From the NCBI RefSeq assembly GCF_001194135.2, contig NC_068986.1, positions 46,671,752 to 46,732,810 on the forward strand: 61,059 nt of DNA, given 5' to 3'. Below are positions 13,058-27,729 of the stretch, piece after piece (position 1 is the first letter of the stretch; every line of letters begins with the position of its first letter). The notes below the pieces were generated by a model. The model saw nothing but the letters and a program-made list of their open reading frames with translations. It made no database searches and was not told where the DNA came from. The position numbers and the translations under genes are program-made. Source of the DNA: Octopus bimaculoides (Eukaryota).

Positions 13058-14149
13058 TAATAATAATATACCGTCTTCATTGATGTGTTAACCTATAGCA
13101 CGTTTGTTTCCAAATACCAAAATTTCTTGTCAGTTATTTCATGAATACGTTGAAAGCCCGGGATCTATGATATCAAATAACTGAAAATTAAGGCAGTTAT
13201 GAATGTGTAACCTCAACTCTTTATCTGCTTGAGATTAAATTGCCGGATGTCTGCAAGAGGAAAAGCAAACTGTGTAGTATTTCCAGTATGTTGTAGTTCT
13301 CGGGAAGAAGAATTGAAAGTAGTGTCTATTGCGGAATCTGCAAGATGAGACGCTCTTCTAGAGGATGGTGACGTTAAATGCATAAACTGGTGAGGCGGGG
13401 GGGGATGCAGAGGGTGTAAATCAAGCTAGTTAAGAGTATTAGGAATTTGTATCCATATTTTTATCAATTTACCTTCAAATTCTGATCGGTAACACTAATA
13501 AAGAATGAAATGTTTCTGAACAACATATGTTATCTTATTACTGCTGACGTGTTAGGCAATAACATGACATGCTATGTTGCCGAACAAAATATCGAGTCTT
13601 TTTATTGCTGGTCTGTTAACGCTTCTTATTGCATTCTGTGCATCTATGTTCAAGATGATTAATTTTTACCTTGTAAAAGGATATATATCTAACTGATGTT
13701 GACTCTAATATATCTGACAGCTTATCTTTGTAATCAATTTACATTTATTATATTTGTTAGTTTTAATAATATGAGAGTAAAGGAACGTATTGTAACTGCC
13801 TTTAACCATATAATATTATTATTTGTTCTGACATATAGACAAATGAGACTATCTATAGAGGCGACTTTAATTTTTAAATTGTTATTGGTTTGGTTGAAAT
13901 ATTCATATAAGACTTCATATTACAGTCAAAGAGAACTCAGTGATTACGAACAAAAAAAATTAGCAAAAGGTAATATACGGAAAATATATATTAAAAAAAC
14001 GAATTTGCCATTGTATCTGTGAAAAAATTATGGATCTTTATTTCATCTAAACCGCATCTAAAAACCGAAAGCTGAAAATCGCTGCTGAAAGCTTGCTTTG
14101 AAGATACCATTCTTTTTAATCAGATACCCAAAGACAGAGGTGCAGTCAT

Positions 14150-15750
14150 GACTTAAGTAAGTACATCATAGCCTAATGAAAATATTGTCGATAGAGGAAA
14201 AACTGAAGAGTGAGAAATTCTGAGGGGTTTCTAGTTATCAGAAGGAAACATTGAAATCATGCTGTATCTAGGAAATGAGACACACTGGGCTCAACGTAAA
14301 AAGTATAGACTGGTGGTACAGGTGGGCCTTGACACACTGGGTATAAAGCTAGCTAGCTGGAGGATTAGGAGCGGGTGTATTCATGTAATAATGGTCAGAG
14401 CACGGAGAGAGTTCCCATGACATGACTCAGTGTTTGAAGTTCTTTATTGGGTGAGTCTTTGTAAGGTATACTTCTTTTGAAATCTAGTATACATTTAGAT
14501 GTAGCATTGTCTGGTATATGTGAGTAGTATTCTAATGTGTATTTTATTTGAGTTTATAAAAGTAAAAAGCTGATTAGATATTAAGCAGGTTTCAGCGCTA
14601 CAGAGAATTCCTAGAACTTTGGGATACAATGTTATCAGCATAAAGGTGTATACATTTAGAAATGACAACGCACAGGTCATTATTGTATGAAAGGAAGAGT
14701 GTAAGAGACATACGTTAGGTTTCAGAATTGAGAGTGAGGTTTGAAGTGAGGTTTGAATAAAAAGTTACTAGTTCAACAGAACTCATACTCACTTCTTGCT
14801 GATGGAGAGCGACTCAAAATAACGATGGGGAAATTTTTAAAAATGATTTAATCACATGTGAAATAGTGACAGTTTTAGATCTTTGGTTGGCAGAACAGAG
14901 AAATTTCCTTCCCTTTGATGAAGGAGACACAAGGTAGTGAGCTTTCAAAGGATTGGTAAATCCGGTTGAATACAGAGAAATACAAGGAGAGACAACCAGC
15001 TGAGGAGCTAACAGTTTTAGGGAAAATAGGATATAGGGGCTGATTGTTTTGATAAATTGAGTGATATAAGAAGTTTCTAATGTGTTGAGGAGTGAACATT
15101 TTATGAACTACTCAATTTGTATTCATGTTCATCAATGTCAGCAGATAATGGTGAAGTTGTGAAGTTGAAGTTGAGAAAAGGTTTTGTTGAGTTGTTAATG
15201 CGTGATACAGGAAGCGAAAAGCTTATGTGGTAGACTTTTTTGAACATGAGTATTAACTTAGCCAACAATTTTATGTGATGGTATAAAGAAGAATTCTACA
15301 AAACTGGTAAACTTCTCGATAAGCGAACAGAAGAGTTTCCTTTTGCTTTTAGGCTGTGCAAAGTTTGAAGAAGTCATTCGTTTTTCTTTTCTGATGGTAG
15401 ACGTTGCGATGGTGAATATGAATTTCCTAGTTGGTTGTGTTGGGTGTCATTCTCCAGATTTTATACACAGTATTATTTTGCTGTATTGCTGTCTTACAAG
15501 TGCTAGAAAATCACTTTTGGTTTAGCAGTGGTGAGATTTGGTTTGGTTAAAGGCGCGAAGAAACAAGCCAAGAAAGAGGGTTTCAATCACTCAATACCAA
15601 AATACATTTGCATTCAAGATCAGAGAGGATGAATAGGTAGAATTCCTGGTGATTTAACTGACTGGTGATTTAACCGAAAAAGTTCTTGCTAAAGGTCTTG
15701 AGATTTCACGACACTAATAAACCTTTCACTTTCAAGTCCTTCAATATAAA
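14150..15750 (-). mobile_element. Highly decayed CR1/L2-type LINE (RT region)
   Basis: Minus strand NDLCVVISKCIHLYADN (14631-14682) followed by KVLGIL and an LEYYSHI-like segment. Confidence 0.7.
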
Positions 15751-18700
15751 CGCAATGAGTTAGTTCAATTCTTAAAGTGTTCTGGTTCTGCTATGCGTGA
15801 AAATGCAAAATTGCATTTCAGAACGATTATTAGTGAAATTATTTTAACATTACAGCGTAGCATAAAATGGTGTAACTTTCTGACAGTATTTTTTGTCTTT
15901 ATATAAAAGCTTTAAGCAAAATTATACGTTACAACGTTTCTGAGAAAAAGGGATGAAATTAAACATCATAATTCTATAATCATTAGAATTCTATAAGAAA
16001 ATATCAATTTCCAAATTAATCAATGCCTAACAATATTGTTATCTGCTTTGCACGGTGCGGTAAAACAGATAAGGATTTTACAAAATAGTTTTACGGTAAA
16101 TTCACGAATACAATACCTCTAGTAATTGTAGATTGAAGTTGTAGCTTTGTAAATGTAGGATAAACATTTAAGAACTGGACTAAATATTCAAAGTGTTCAG
16201 TTTTGTCCGTCTCACGTTTGAGTTCAACGCAGTTATGCCTAATACTAGAACATGAATGTAATGTATAGTTCTGTGATGCTTCTGATCTGATTCTCCATCA
16301 ACATCAATGGATTTAACCTAATATCAAACCATATAACCTCATCAATTCTATTCGTCATAAATATCAAACTTTCTGAATGACACTTCATCTAACTCCATTT
16401 ATTTCATCTTTATTCGGAGTGACTAAGCATACCAAATTCTCTCGTCACTGAAACAAGCCAGATTCAATAATATCCCAACGCAATCATTTGTAACACTCTC
16501 TCTTAAAATTTGTTTTCTTATACTTATTTTTCAAATTACCGAATTGCTGGAACAGTGATTTGGAAGAATAGATAATGCTTACATATTTAGAATAGATAAA
16601 ACTTACATATTTTGCAAAATTTATTTACAGTACTTTGTGTTTAAATGCATATGATGTCGAATTTGCCTTTTATTTTTTCTGATATCAACAAAAACGTACT
16701 AGTCGGTTAAAATTCCTATGATTTCTGATCTATTGCCTATATTAAGAAATATTTGTTTTCACTTTTGGTCGTTTGATACTGTCACATACATGAAAGCTAA
16801 GTACATATTTAAAATCATTATATTCTTAGTAAAGAAGACTTTCAGAGATACTACAACCGAGACATGATAATTTAATCATATTTAACTGCATTGGAAGAAT
16901 AATTCTAGATGATTGAAAGAGTCAATGCTATTCTACAAATCATTTATATTTACAGAAATATATATCACAGTTTTAGAGATACTCTCCACTACCTCAATGT
17001 TTACGATAGTAACGGATACTGAATATTATCACAATTTCAGCAACAACACTCCTTATCAGAATTTTTTATTAAGCGAAATACATCTATTACAAGCGAATAA
17101 CTATTTCGCCCATAAAATTTCAGAGACTGTCTAGAAAACATAAATGCACTATATAAATAATACTGATTAACCAGTTCGTTGGCTGATGAGGGAACATACT
17201 TATCAAGTGTGCATTTAAGGCCTTAACTACATATTTTCTCGATGCCTATTTCACCAGTACTATAATAGTGTCTGTTACAATATGCACCCTGCCTAAACTC
17301 AGTTGGATGCCTATACCTTTTCTTGTTTTATCTTATTTTGTTTTGCCATCCTGTAATAAACTTCTCCAAAATTTTTCTCGTTATTGGTGTATCATTCTAG
17401 AGCCCTGGTATTATTGATATGCTTCCCTCAAACTAAAGCTCAATCATATTTATTTTTTAAGCAAATAAATTATGCAAACCACGATACTGACTACTCAAAC
17501 GAAAATAAAAATAGAAATGAGATGATTTGAGAACGACAAATCTTTAGAAAAATAGAAAGAATAAGCATATCTTTTTAAGAAAAACACAATGAAATCAATG
17601 CCAAATCTCTAAAACATCATATGTATTTTGACATAATCAATATTTTGATATAGACAATTATATCAACTACGAAGTTTACATAAAAATATACTCATATTTA
17701 CATATAAAATTACATAAAAATGGTGGTCTACTTTTCTTCAGAACACTTTACGCTTTTAATGTTTAATAATTGCTGTATTGTCCACAGATGATAAAATTCC
17801 ATTTTACTTTTCTAAAGAGTGATCAAAGTTGAATTGTAATTCAACACCAGTTGGCAACATCATTGAGCATGAAAACCGAAAAGAAATTTATAGCTTTCAG
17901 TTGTAATTGAGTATGAATGTTTTATCGGAAAGTTTCCATAATTCTGTATTAAAGTGAAGTTGAACTATGCTAGGTCTATTTCATTAATATGTTTGAATGT
18001 ACGAATAAAAAGAACTCTGTTACTGGCTTCTGAAATAACATCTCAAACCAAATGTAATAGATTCTAACTGCAAAAACATTATTATGATATCAATAAACAA
18101 TATTTTAAAGAATGTAGTGTAATCAAGTGCAGATTTTGTGATCGAAATATAAAAAAAATTCTTTTCAATATATTTTACTTTATGAATAATAATTTTAAAT
18201 GTTTAGGGAGATTTTTCAAAGATCTATACAATAATTTATAAAGCTGTGTCAATTAATAAAAATTCTGTGTATATAGATTTATTCACTTCAACCTGAAGCA
18301 CCAATTTCTATTCAACTTGTTCTCCTATGGAACGTCATTAATGTTTTATAGGCAATTTCCGAGATTAGAGATACATGTTAAACTGCAATAATTCCTAAAC
18401 TGATATATGAAAACTGTTGAAAAAAATCCACAGCTTTACAATAATGGCTAATGTTAAATGTGAAACAAAAACTGTGATCATTTCGAAAACATCAAATACT
18501 CTTTGACAAAATTTATTGGCTCTGTGCGTTTTCCCCTCTTTATTAGAACAGTATTTTAAAACAAATCTATCCATTTATCGCGCGGTAAGTTAATTCAATC
18601 GTCCTTCAGTTTCTTCGGATGCAGTATAGCCAATTTCAATACAATAATTTCAATACAAAGAGCATATGACGTAGTGCAATATATGTTATAAATATTCTTT

Positions 18701-19479
18701 GGTAGATAAAACGTAAATTTACAGATATATATACCGTTTTATCATATATGGGGTTACTGTCTTATCCAGAAAATTAATCTGCTACATAAAATATTCCTAA
18801 CAAAGATATAATCAATGTTAAAATTTAGTTTTAGATTATCTAATTTAGTTTTAGATTGTAAATTATGAATGTAATTAAAGAAGTGCCAATCAAAAGTTTC
18901 ATATGTTTCATGAATTAAAATTAAATTGTGTTGACCACGCGATATTCAGGACATTGTGCAGAACAATGCTTGTGTATTGTCTGATAATTAAATCACTGTC
19001 TTTTACTATTTAAAAAAATTTCTTAGCTTCTATGGAATCTCATACAAAGCCGAAAAGGAGTTTTATAAAATAATACCAACTTCGGTTTCTCTAGTGTCAA
19101 TAAATAAAGTGTGAAGCTAAGATCCTATCATAACTATTTCGAAACCATGCCGCCTTCTTCAATAAAACTTTATCATGATGAAGCTATTAGTGCCACAGAA
19201 TTACACACCACTTTTCTTATCAAATGAAAACTATCACAAACAGTTGAATCAGTAAGCTACGAGATAATCATGACGAAGAGTAGTACCCTGTCATTGACAG
19301 TGTGCAAATCCTGCCTGTAGTCTTTCATTGAATGGGGAGACGTAAGTTCAACAAAATGAGAGTGCAGAGAAAAAGAAGAGAGAATACAGCAATGTAAACT
19401 CAAATGATAAGTTAATGTATATATATAAACAAATAGTAAATGAGTATATGCATATATACGTACAGGTATGTGCATACCG

Positions 19480-20160
19480 ACATCCACCTGTATGTATAGG
19501 TGCATATCTGGGTACAGGACATTGCAAACAAACGTAGACGAGAACACACGAGCCACATAGAGAACATCTCCTTCATCAGCCACCCACGTTTTAACACCGG
19601 CGTTTCGACGAGCTTGGGCAGGACGCATCGCTAAAACGGCTCGTCCCATGGATCGCAGATTAAATTTGTATACGCAAATTAAATCTAGCCATGGAGGAAT
19701 GTAGTGGCGGACAAAAAACAAGACAGGAANNNNNNNNNNNNNNNNNNNNNNNNNNNNNNNNNNNNNNNNNNNNNNNNNNNNNNNNNNNAACAGAAAAGGC
19801 TTTACGGCCAGACGAGAAAAATTATGTGTGTAGGAACGCGATGAGGCACGGACCCGAGAGGGACAAAGTGGTGCGTGCGTTGCTTGGCGAAAGCCAAGGA
19901 GGGAAAGGATTATTGACCGGAAGCATGTGACCATGCCGGTGTAAAGGGAAGAGAGAGAAACAGAGGGAGGAAGTAGAAGAATAGGTGAGCAACGAGAGGA
20001 AAAGAGAAAGAGAGGAACAACGAGGGGGGAAAAAGAGATACGTAGTAGTAACAGAGGGGAAGAACGAGAGGGGTAAAGCGAGATACGTAGTAGTACAGAG
20101 GAAGAATGAGGGGGGGGGAAGGAAAGAGAAAGAGATAGAGTAGCGTCGGAGGATATGAGT
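19480..20160 (-). mobile_element. Interspersed repeat (probable Penelope-type terminal repeat), related to 53960-54625
   Basis: Shares GGGACGA.C.GTTTTA...TAAAAC...C.GATGAAGG and a long pyrimidine tract with the 54 kb copy; starts at (TA)n. Confidence 0.45.
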
Positions 20161-20423
20161 TACGAATATATATATATATATATATATTTGAAAGAATTTA
20201 AACCGACCTTATCTGGCCCAAATATTCTACTTGTTTTATGTTCAAACTGGCCAGATTCAGCCTCTCACACCTACTCTTCATGACATTCTGAAAATAAACA
20301 ATCATATTATTGAAATCTTGAAGCTAGAAGACAATGCGTGATTAATTCAAAACAATATAAGTTAAGTATTGCATTTGATAGAGAAATCCGAATGCTAAAC
20401 GGTTAAGTTGAAGTTTATTGATC

Positions 20424-20640
20424 AGGCAGAATCGTTACAGCGTCGGAAAAATTGCTTTCTAATATTTGTTCCCAAGTTTAATATTCTAAATTCGAGTTCT
20501 GTCACGGCCAACTTCACCTCTCATCCTTCTCGAGGTTGATAAAATTATGTAGGTATCAAGCACTGGGGTCGGTCGATGGTATCGGTTAATTGTCTCTCCT
20601 CAAAATTATTGACCGTGTAGCCAGATCAGGAACCAGTACT
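20424..20640 (+). mobile_element. SINE family A, diverged
   Basis: GGCAGAATCGTTA...CTCTCATCCTTCTCGAGGTTGATAAAAT...GCACTGGGGTCG. Confidence 0.75.
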
Positions 20641-20824
20641 ATTATTATTAGAATCACTTTTGTCAAACAGTGAGAATCACTGAGCAGCCAATTACTGTAT
20701 ATAATGAATAAAAAATATACACACATAAAAACAAGAGTAAATAAGTGAAGCAGAGGACGCAAACAACTAGAGTGAATGAACAGTTCTAAAATTGATTATA
20801 CTATTATTATTGTTGCTGTTGTTG

Positions 20825-21365
20825 CTGAGTGAGAGAGCAGTGCATGCTATTAAAGCGACACTGAGGTAAAATATACGAAGCCCAGCATACCCATCATGAC
20901 TACCCATCTGATAAGGGTACACCAGACACATGCATCACAACTATATGTGTGCGATATGATGATCTCATATCAAGATAAACAGCACATGACCTTGCAAGTG
21001 GAGCCCAGTTTAGGTCGAGTGGTCCATCCTGCTCAAAAGGTCCCTGAATAAGGGTTGTTTAAGGATATTGAACGAAACACTCATGTTTCAAGAGGTGAAT
21101 TATCCAAACGCCAAAGAATCCTTCTCGACACATGGCTATGATGCTCTCCTACTTCTGCTCGTGATCAGAGACGCATATATCGTCAGCACTAAGGGACATG
21201 CTCAACTGGTTAAGGTCAAACAATTGACAAGTAAATCTGTTGTACTGAGCAGAATATTTGCTGTAGCCCATCATTTATACCGAGACAAAACAATGTACAT
21301 GATAACACATCCAGTCAGTTAAGATCAGAAGCCATGAGAGTCACTGTCTGTTACTACATCAGAGC
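20825..21365 (-). mobile_element. Interspersed repeat, probable retroelement 3' end
   Basis: Non-coding, moderate-GC block ending in an (AAC/AAT)n tail on the minus strand, with (AAT)n at the other end. Confidence 0.45.
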
Positions 21366-21372
21366 ATTGTTA

Positions 21373-21451
<79 letters not shown>

Positions 21452-21474
21452 CATTATTATTATTATTATTAAGA

Positions 21475-21650
21475 AAGGCAGTGAGCTGGCAGAATCATTA
21501 GCACCCCGGACAAAATGCTTAGCGACATTCCCTCTGTCTTCACGTTCTAAGTTCAAATTATGTCATTCTTTTGAGTGTAATGAAATAAGTACCAGTTGAA
21601 TAGTGGGGTCGATGTATTCGATTATCCACTTAAAATGCTGTCCTAGAAAA
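21475..21650 (+). mobile_element. SINE family A
   Basis: AAGGCAGTGAGCTGGCAGAATCATTAGCACC... Confidence 0.85.
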
Positions 21651-22764
21651 AAGTTATACATATTTGTTAAGAAATATGCTATTACCACAATCATCATCCA
21701 TATATTCTAAATAATTGTTGGGTCATTAAATCGGGAAGAACTCCATAAAATTAAAATGTAATGAAAAACAATTTAAAGAATTTAAAACTTATAATTTGCA
21801 ATTAAATCAGGAATATTTTTCTAGGGGTAATGATATTGAACGAATAAAGCATTTAAACCATTTACAAATTAAAACAGAGTAACAAATGAGGAATTAATCG
21901 TGATCTGAATTCAAATTGTAAAGGTTATTTCAAGCTATATTGTCTAGTGTTGAACGGAGAAAGAATTTTAAAGTGAAATTTAAATTGAATTTTATTTTTA
22001 AGAATTGTACGACGAAAATATGAAATCAACATTTGATAATAAAGACAATTAAACAAAAGGTATGTATATGAGAAGATAAAGTAACGACGTTAGAAACAAC
22101 AGCAACAACAACAGTACCAATATCAACGATTAAACTATTACATTATTCAATCAGAATAGCTGATGAGGAATGAATTCTAATTTGCACTTTCATTTGTAAG
22201 CTTTTTGAAGATATGCCGCCTAGCGTTGTTCATGGAATAAATTACAATCTGGAATCTAAATCTTCGGAAAATATTTAAAAATGTAAAATAGATATTATAT
22301 ATTATATTGCTGCAGAAATCATAATAACAAATTTAGAGAAGAAAGGCAAGTATATGAAACAGTAAAGATAGCAACAGTAACAATATTCATACCAGCACCA
22401 GCCACGTTTTTTAAGTTGTGAAATAATGTACGAAGACATACTAGATATGGAAACGCAGGAGGAAGTTCTCTTCTGCGACAGAATAAAATTATTTACAAGT
22501 TCGTGATATTGAGGGAACTGCTGTAGATAGAGAAGCGATGTGGATTAATTAGAAGGAGACTAATTGTGGGAAATACAATTTTGATAAAGATTGGGGGAAT
22601 ATACCGTTATGGGGTATAGGGAATACATAAGAGGCAGAAGTTGTAAGTTATAAGATAAGAAGATATGATAAAGTTATAAATGCGCGCGTGCGTAAGTATA
22701 TATATGTTCTTTCCTCAGTTGTACTTTCCTTTGCTTCTACATGATTTCGTTGATCTCTAGTGTG

Positions 22765-24005
22765 TCAGGGACTGTACCTTCCTCTTTCTAGAGTCTGTAT
22801 ACCACATTTATTGAGTCCGAATTCCATCTTAATATCAGCACTAAAACGGTGCGCCATGTTGACTGAGGAACTCACGTATGTCTCGTCCTTGCCATTCAGG
22901 TTCAAATCATCCAGGAAGAGGAGATGGTTGATTCTTTGAGTTTTTGCCTTTAACTGATATCTCAGATCCACTTACTTCAGCTCCAAGATCATGCAAAATA
23001 CAAAAAGCAACGGAGATGAGCTATTTCCTTGGAAAAACCCTCTCTCGATGCCCTGGGTGCTCAAGCCTTGTCCACACGATGTCAACTCAGTTTTCCAACC
23101 CGCCATACTTCTCATCAGAAAACATATTACGTTCCTTGCAATTCAAAACATATCTAAGCACTCAAGGATACACGAATATGGAATGATATCGTAAGCTTTG
23201 CGATATCAATCTAAGCTTACATTCTTGCATTACCATTTTGTCTATCAATAATTGGCCTTTGGTACCTCTGCATTTCCTACTACAACTGTTCTGTTCCATT
23301 GATAAAATAAGGTCGTTATCGTTTTCCTGTAGTCTTGCTTTTATTCTGTCGTAGATTGCCTTTTGTTCATCTGTCATGTCACCATTAGTTTTATTGTCTT
23401 CTTTGAGATCTATATGTCTCTCATAAAGTAAACTACCACTGCTCCTTTCCTGTGCTATGAGATTGCTTCTATTAGTAAGAACTGTATTTTCATAGTTATC
23501 TCTGCTGCTATTTTTCAAGACCCGCTTTTTGATAGCTTTGAGCTCTACTTCTGTGAACCAACAATTTTTCCTTATTGCTCTAGCTTGATCACATAGTCTC
23601 TGTTCCGTGAGTTGAAACAATTCCTTTTCCCTCCAATGATCAATACACACGTTGTCGGTAACCCCTAATTTGAGCACCATTTTCATCTACCAGGTTGCTC
23701 AGGTAGTAACACTCCATGACCACAGCATTAATCTGCTTGCTCCATCTACGCCGTGCGTGGTGGCCCCTTTCTGGATATCGACAGGCTGGAGCCGGTCCAG
23801 AATCTCTGAGCCTGCCGGGTGCAACACTGTTACCATCAATGGCTTCAGTTTCATCACCACTGTTATTCACAATGTTTTTTTTTTTTTCATCGTCACTCAT
23901 TTGAGGTAGCGATTATCAGGTTGCACAATTACCAGTGTTTTTATTGTGACACCATCATTAGATCTATCATTAATCAGGACACGGAGAGGCTCCACCCGCT
24001 TTCAC
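22765..24005 (-). mobile_element. R4/Dong-type LINE with 5' end retained, internally deleted and 3'-truncated
   Basis: N-terminus RRRWSKQINAVVMECYYLS...RGYRQRV..HWREKELFQLTEQRLCDQARAIRKNCW; jumps to RT KCRGTKGQLLIDKMVMQECK, GIFQGNSSSPLLF and RINHLLFLDDL...MEFGLNKCG. Confidence 0.9.
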
Positions 24006-24006
24006 A

Positions 24007-24116
<110 letters not shown>

Positions 24117-25000
24117 TGATAGTATTGCTTTTATTTTTTTTACTATTTGTCATTATTATATTAACAGACTCAGAGGTTACACAGGCCTATGCAAGGCAAG
24201 GGTGACACCAATTTCCAGCGCTGTTCACATAGACAGCCGCATAAAAAATTATACTATTTGATCTGGCCTTCTTCAGCGATGTTCTGTCATGTTGAAAGAC
24301 TTTCAAGGGAGTCCATTGCTCACTTGTAATCTTCTTCGGTGAATAGGCTCTTCTTCGGTGAACAGGCTCTTCTTCAGTCTTCTATCGCCGTTGTCAATTA
24401 CTGCCTTTACTGTAGCAATTGTATCTATGTGTAGTAGCAGCAGAGGTGGCAGCAGCAGCAGCAATAGTAGTAGGGTGGGGGTAGCAGTAGTAGTGGTAGT
24501 TGGACCTCAGATTCCCGGGCTATCAGAATAGTAGTAATTATAGTATTAACAGTTGCAACATATTATCATTATTTTTTTATTTTTATCATTATTGATATTT
24601 CCATTTATTATTAAAAGATTTTATCAAATGTTTTTTTATCTTTTATTTTCAACGTTTGTCCTCTACTTGAGATAATCGTAAATATGTAGTTGTTGAAGGA
24701 AACAGTTGGGAGAAGAGTAGCAGCTTGATGAATAGATCAAATCCTACAGATATACAAATAGACGCTTCAGCATAGCGATACCAATAACCTGGTGCCAGAA
24801 GTCAATATACATATGCTAGTCGGGTACAAAGAAGTAATAAGAAATTAAAATGACAAAGGAATAAGAAATTATGTCCTGAACTGCGTTAGCTTACAACTGT
24901 TCTGCTATAGGATGCAATGCACTCATAACTAAAAGCTTGTGTATCACCTTACAACTTCACCAGAGCTTCAAAATCGAAGTGCAATTTTACTTGGGAAAGC

Positions 25001-25063
<63 letters not shown>

Positions 25064-25083
25064 NNNNNNNNNNNNNNNNNNNN

Positions 25084-25136
<53 letters not shown>

Positions 25137-25775
25137 AAAGATATGTATATGAAGGACCTCCTATGTAAAGAAGTAAAAAAGAATACATAAAAATCTAGCT
25201 GTGAATGGAAATAGAAAGTGACAGAATCCAAGACAATGAGAAAAAGAGAAATAGAAAGCGTTTATGAGGTACATAAAACATTTTCTACATAAGGATCCTT
25301 GCCGGATTGACAATTAACAGACCGAAGAAAGGATGGACTTGTTACAGATAACGCATAATTCTTTTCTTACCATTATAAAATCAGGTGATAAAGAAGCGTT
25401 GCCGCATGTATGTATACGCGTCCTGTTTCTCAAATTTCTTCAGTTCAGTTCTGTGCACTATTATATTAATACCCTATTGGTATCAAAAACTACATTTCAT
25501 GAAAAATTATCTATCGAAGGAAAATTCATAGTCTGATCGTAAAATTTGTAATATGTATATAACAGTAAAAACTGTGCGGCGTTCTTAGTGAGAGAGTTTT
25601 TATTAGACGAATATCATATTAAAGAGGAATAAAATTGCAAGGTTACTTTTTATTTTCTGCAGTTTTGTTCTTTTTGGTGGCTCGCTCAAGATTAAATGTC
25701 TTTGCTGCTGGTCAATGTTCAGTTGGAGGACCTGATGACGTGTATTTATCTGACTTTCCTTAAAGCAGAAATGTT

Positions 25776-25941
25776 CTTTTCTCCTCTAGACACAAGGCAC
25801 AAAATATTTGGGGAGCGGGGGGGGGGGACCGGTTAAGTCAAAGTTGACCTCGGCGGAATTTGGACTCAGAGCTCAAAGACAGACGAAATATAACTAAGCA
25901 TTTCGCCAGGCGTACTAATGTTTCTGCTAGGTCACCACTTT
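25776..25941 (-). mobile_element. SINE family A with 16-bp TSD
   Basis: TTAAAGCAGAAATGTT at 25760-25775 and 25942-25957. Confidence 0.88.
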
Positions 25942-26841
25942 TTAAAGCAGAAATGTTGATGTACTTATGTGTGTGTGTGAGGTAGACTGCATTTTAACCT
26001 GTTGCCCAAAGGTGTAGAAAAGAATAGGAGAGAGCGAAAAATGGAGTGTGTCCTTGGACTGAACATACACAATATTTTCTCAATATAGAATCACGATAGA
26101 GCAAAGTACTTAGTTTTAATAATTCATTCTTTAATATACGTATACGTACGTTTCACTGTCTTAAGCTTCTGCAGTAGAGATGCGTGTCAACTCCCTATTA
26201 ACAGTCCATCGAATTCACTGAAGAATTTAGTCTGTGTGTAGATGTTGTGTATATCAATTGCAAAAATTAATCTCTTTTTCTTTGCTTTGGCTCAAGGCAG
26301 AACGTTGAAAATTTCTTTATCTGCGTCTCTCCTCCATTTGCTGCCATTTCCAACATACTCTTATGATTAAAGGCAGACAAAGAAGTGCAATCGCAACCTA
26401 CTGTAAATTTCGATTTACAACTGTCTGAACATTCTATCCATCTGATTTAATTCTCTCTGACTTCTAAGCAACATAGCTTTGACCATTTCATATACGATGT
26501 AACAACTACGAACAGACTGTAAAGTTTTATTTATTTATTTCTTTTGTTTTGAAATACAATGCTTCTTGAAATGTAATTCTTCGTTGTATATATGTAGAAG
26601 TGCGAAATAAAAAGAGAGAGGGAGAGAGATAGAGAGAGATAGAAATCGAGAGAGAAAGAGAATCAGTTGCTCTCTCCTTCTGCATTATATGCCAGACCCA
26701 TACGGAAATCAGTTAAAATTTACTCTATCAGCTTATTCGTTATTAAATAGGAATTGAGTATAATTCTTCATAATACTGTTACTCGAATAATTGCATTTCT
26801 CCATTTTTTATCCCGTATATAATTACCTACAAGCCTACATA

Positions 26842-26911
<70 letters not shown>

Positions 26912-27613
26912 GCAACCTACCTATATACACACTCGCATACACGCGTACTCACAAAAGCACACTCAAATACATACTCAAACACATGCACACATACACACAT
27001 ACACAAACACATATAACATACGATCATGCATACAATTGTCCTATCTGTGAAGGAGAATGGAGAAACATTGTAGATTTCGATTTGCAACAGTCAAATTGGA
27101 ATTTACTCCTGGACAACGCACCAACGCACCGAGGAGAAAATAAAAATGGGATGAAAAGGGTACAAGAGCTTCATGTCATCGATTTGGTAATCATATTAAA
27201 TGGTACCGATCATATCGACATTGGGTTGGGTTATGTGATATTATACGTAAATCACATAAAGTATGAAGAACATAGATTATTAATGTTCCTTGTTTCTTAA
27301 AATGCATTCGCATAAGAATTGTATTCGATCACGGGTATACTTCTAATACATTCGTATAGGCCTACATAGGCTGTGCTGGAATTCAGTCAACACTTGGTTC
27401 TTCTTCAAATATCTCATTATCCTCATTGATGCATCTTTCATTTAATTAATTTTGAAAATTGCATACACTTTTCAAGATGTCGACAAGGTAACAACGATAT
27501 CCTATCAATGTCAGTACTCAATATCTTCACTTTGAAAGCTTCAATATCACATGCTTGAACAGTTTCCACACTATACAGGTTATATGTTTTGAGGTTGCAG
27601 AAAACGAGCGATT

Positions 27614-27659
<46 letters not shown>

Positions 27660-27697
27660 ACATGCACATTCACACACACACAAACACACGTACGACG

Positions 27698-27729
<32 letters not shown>

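Noticed and set aside
16913-17134. 73-aa ORF with open frames on both strands
   Set aside because: No homology recognised, splice sites ambiguous, and compatible with chance.
19565-19650. Possible HHR around GACGAGC/GCTCGTC-GAAAC
   Set aside because: No CUGANGA in the correct position; kept only as homology support for the 54.1 kb relic.
23900-24005. HDV-like ribozyme expected at the 5' end of an R2/R4-group LINE
   Set aside because: I could not find a P1/P1' pairing or nested pseudoknot by eye.
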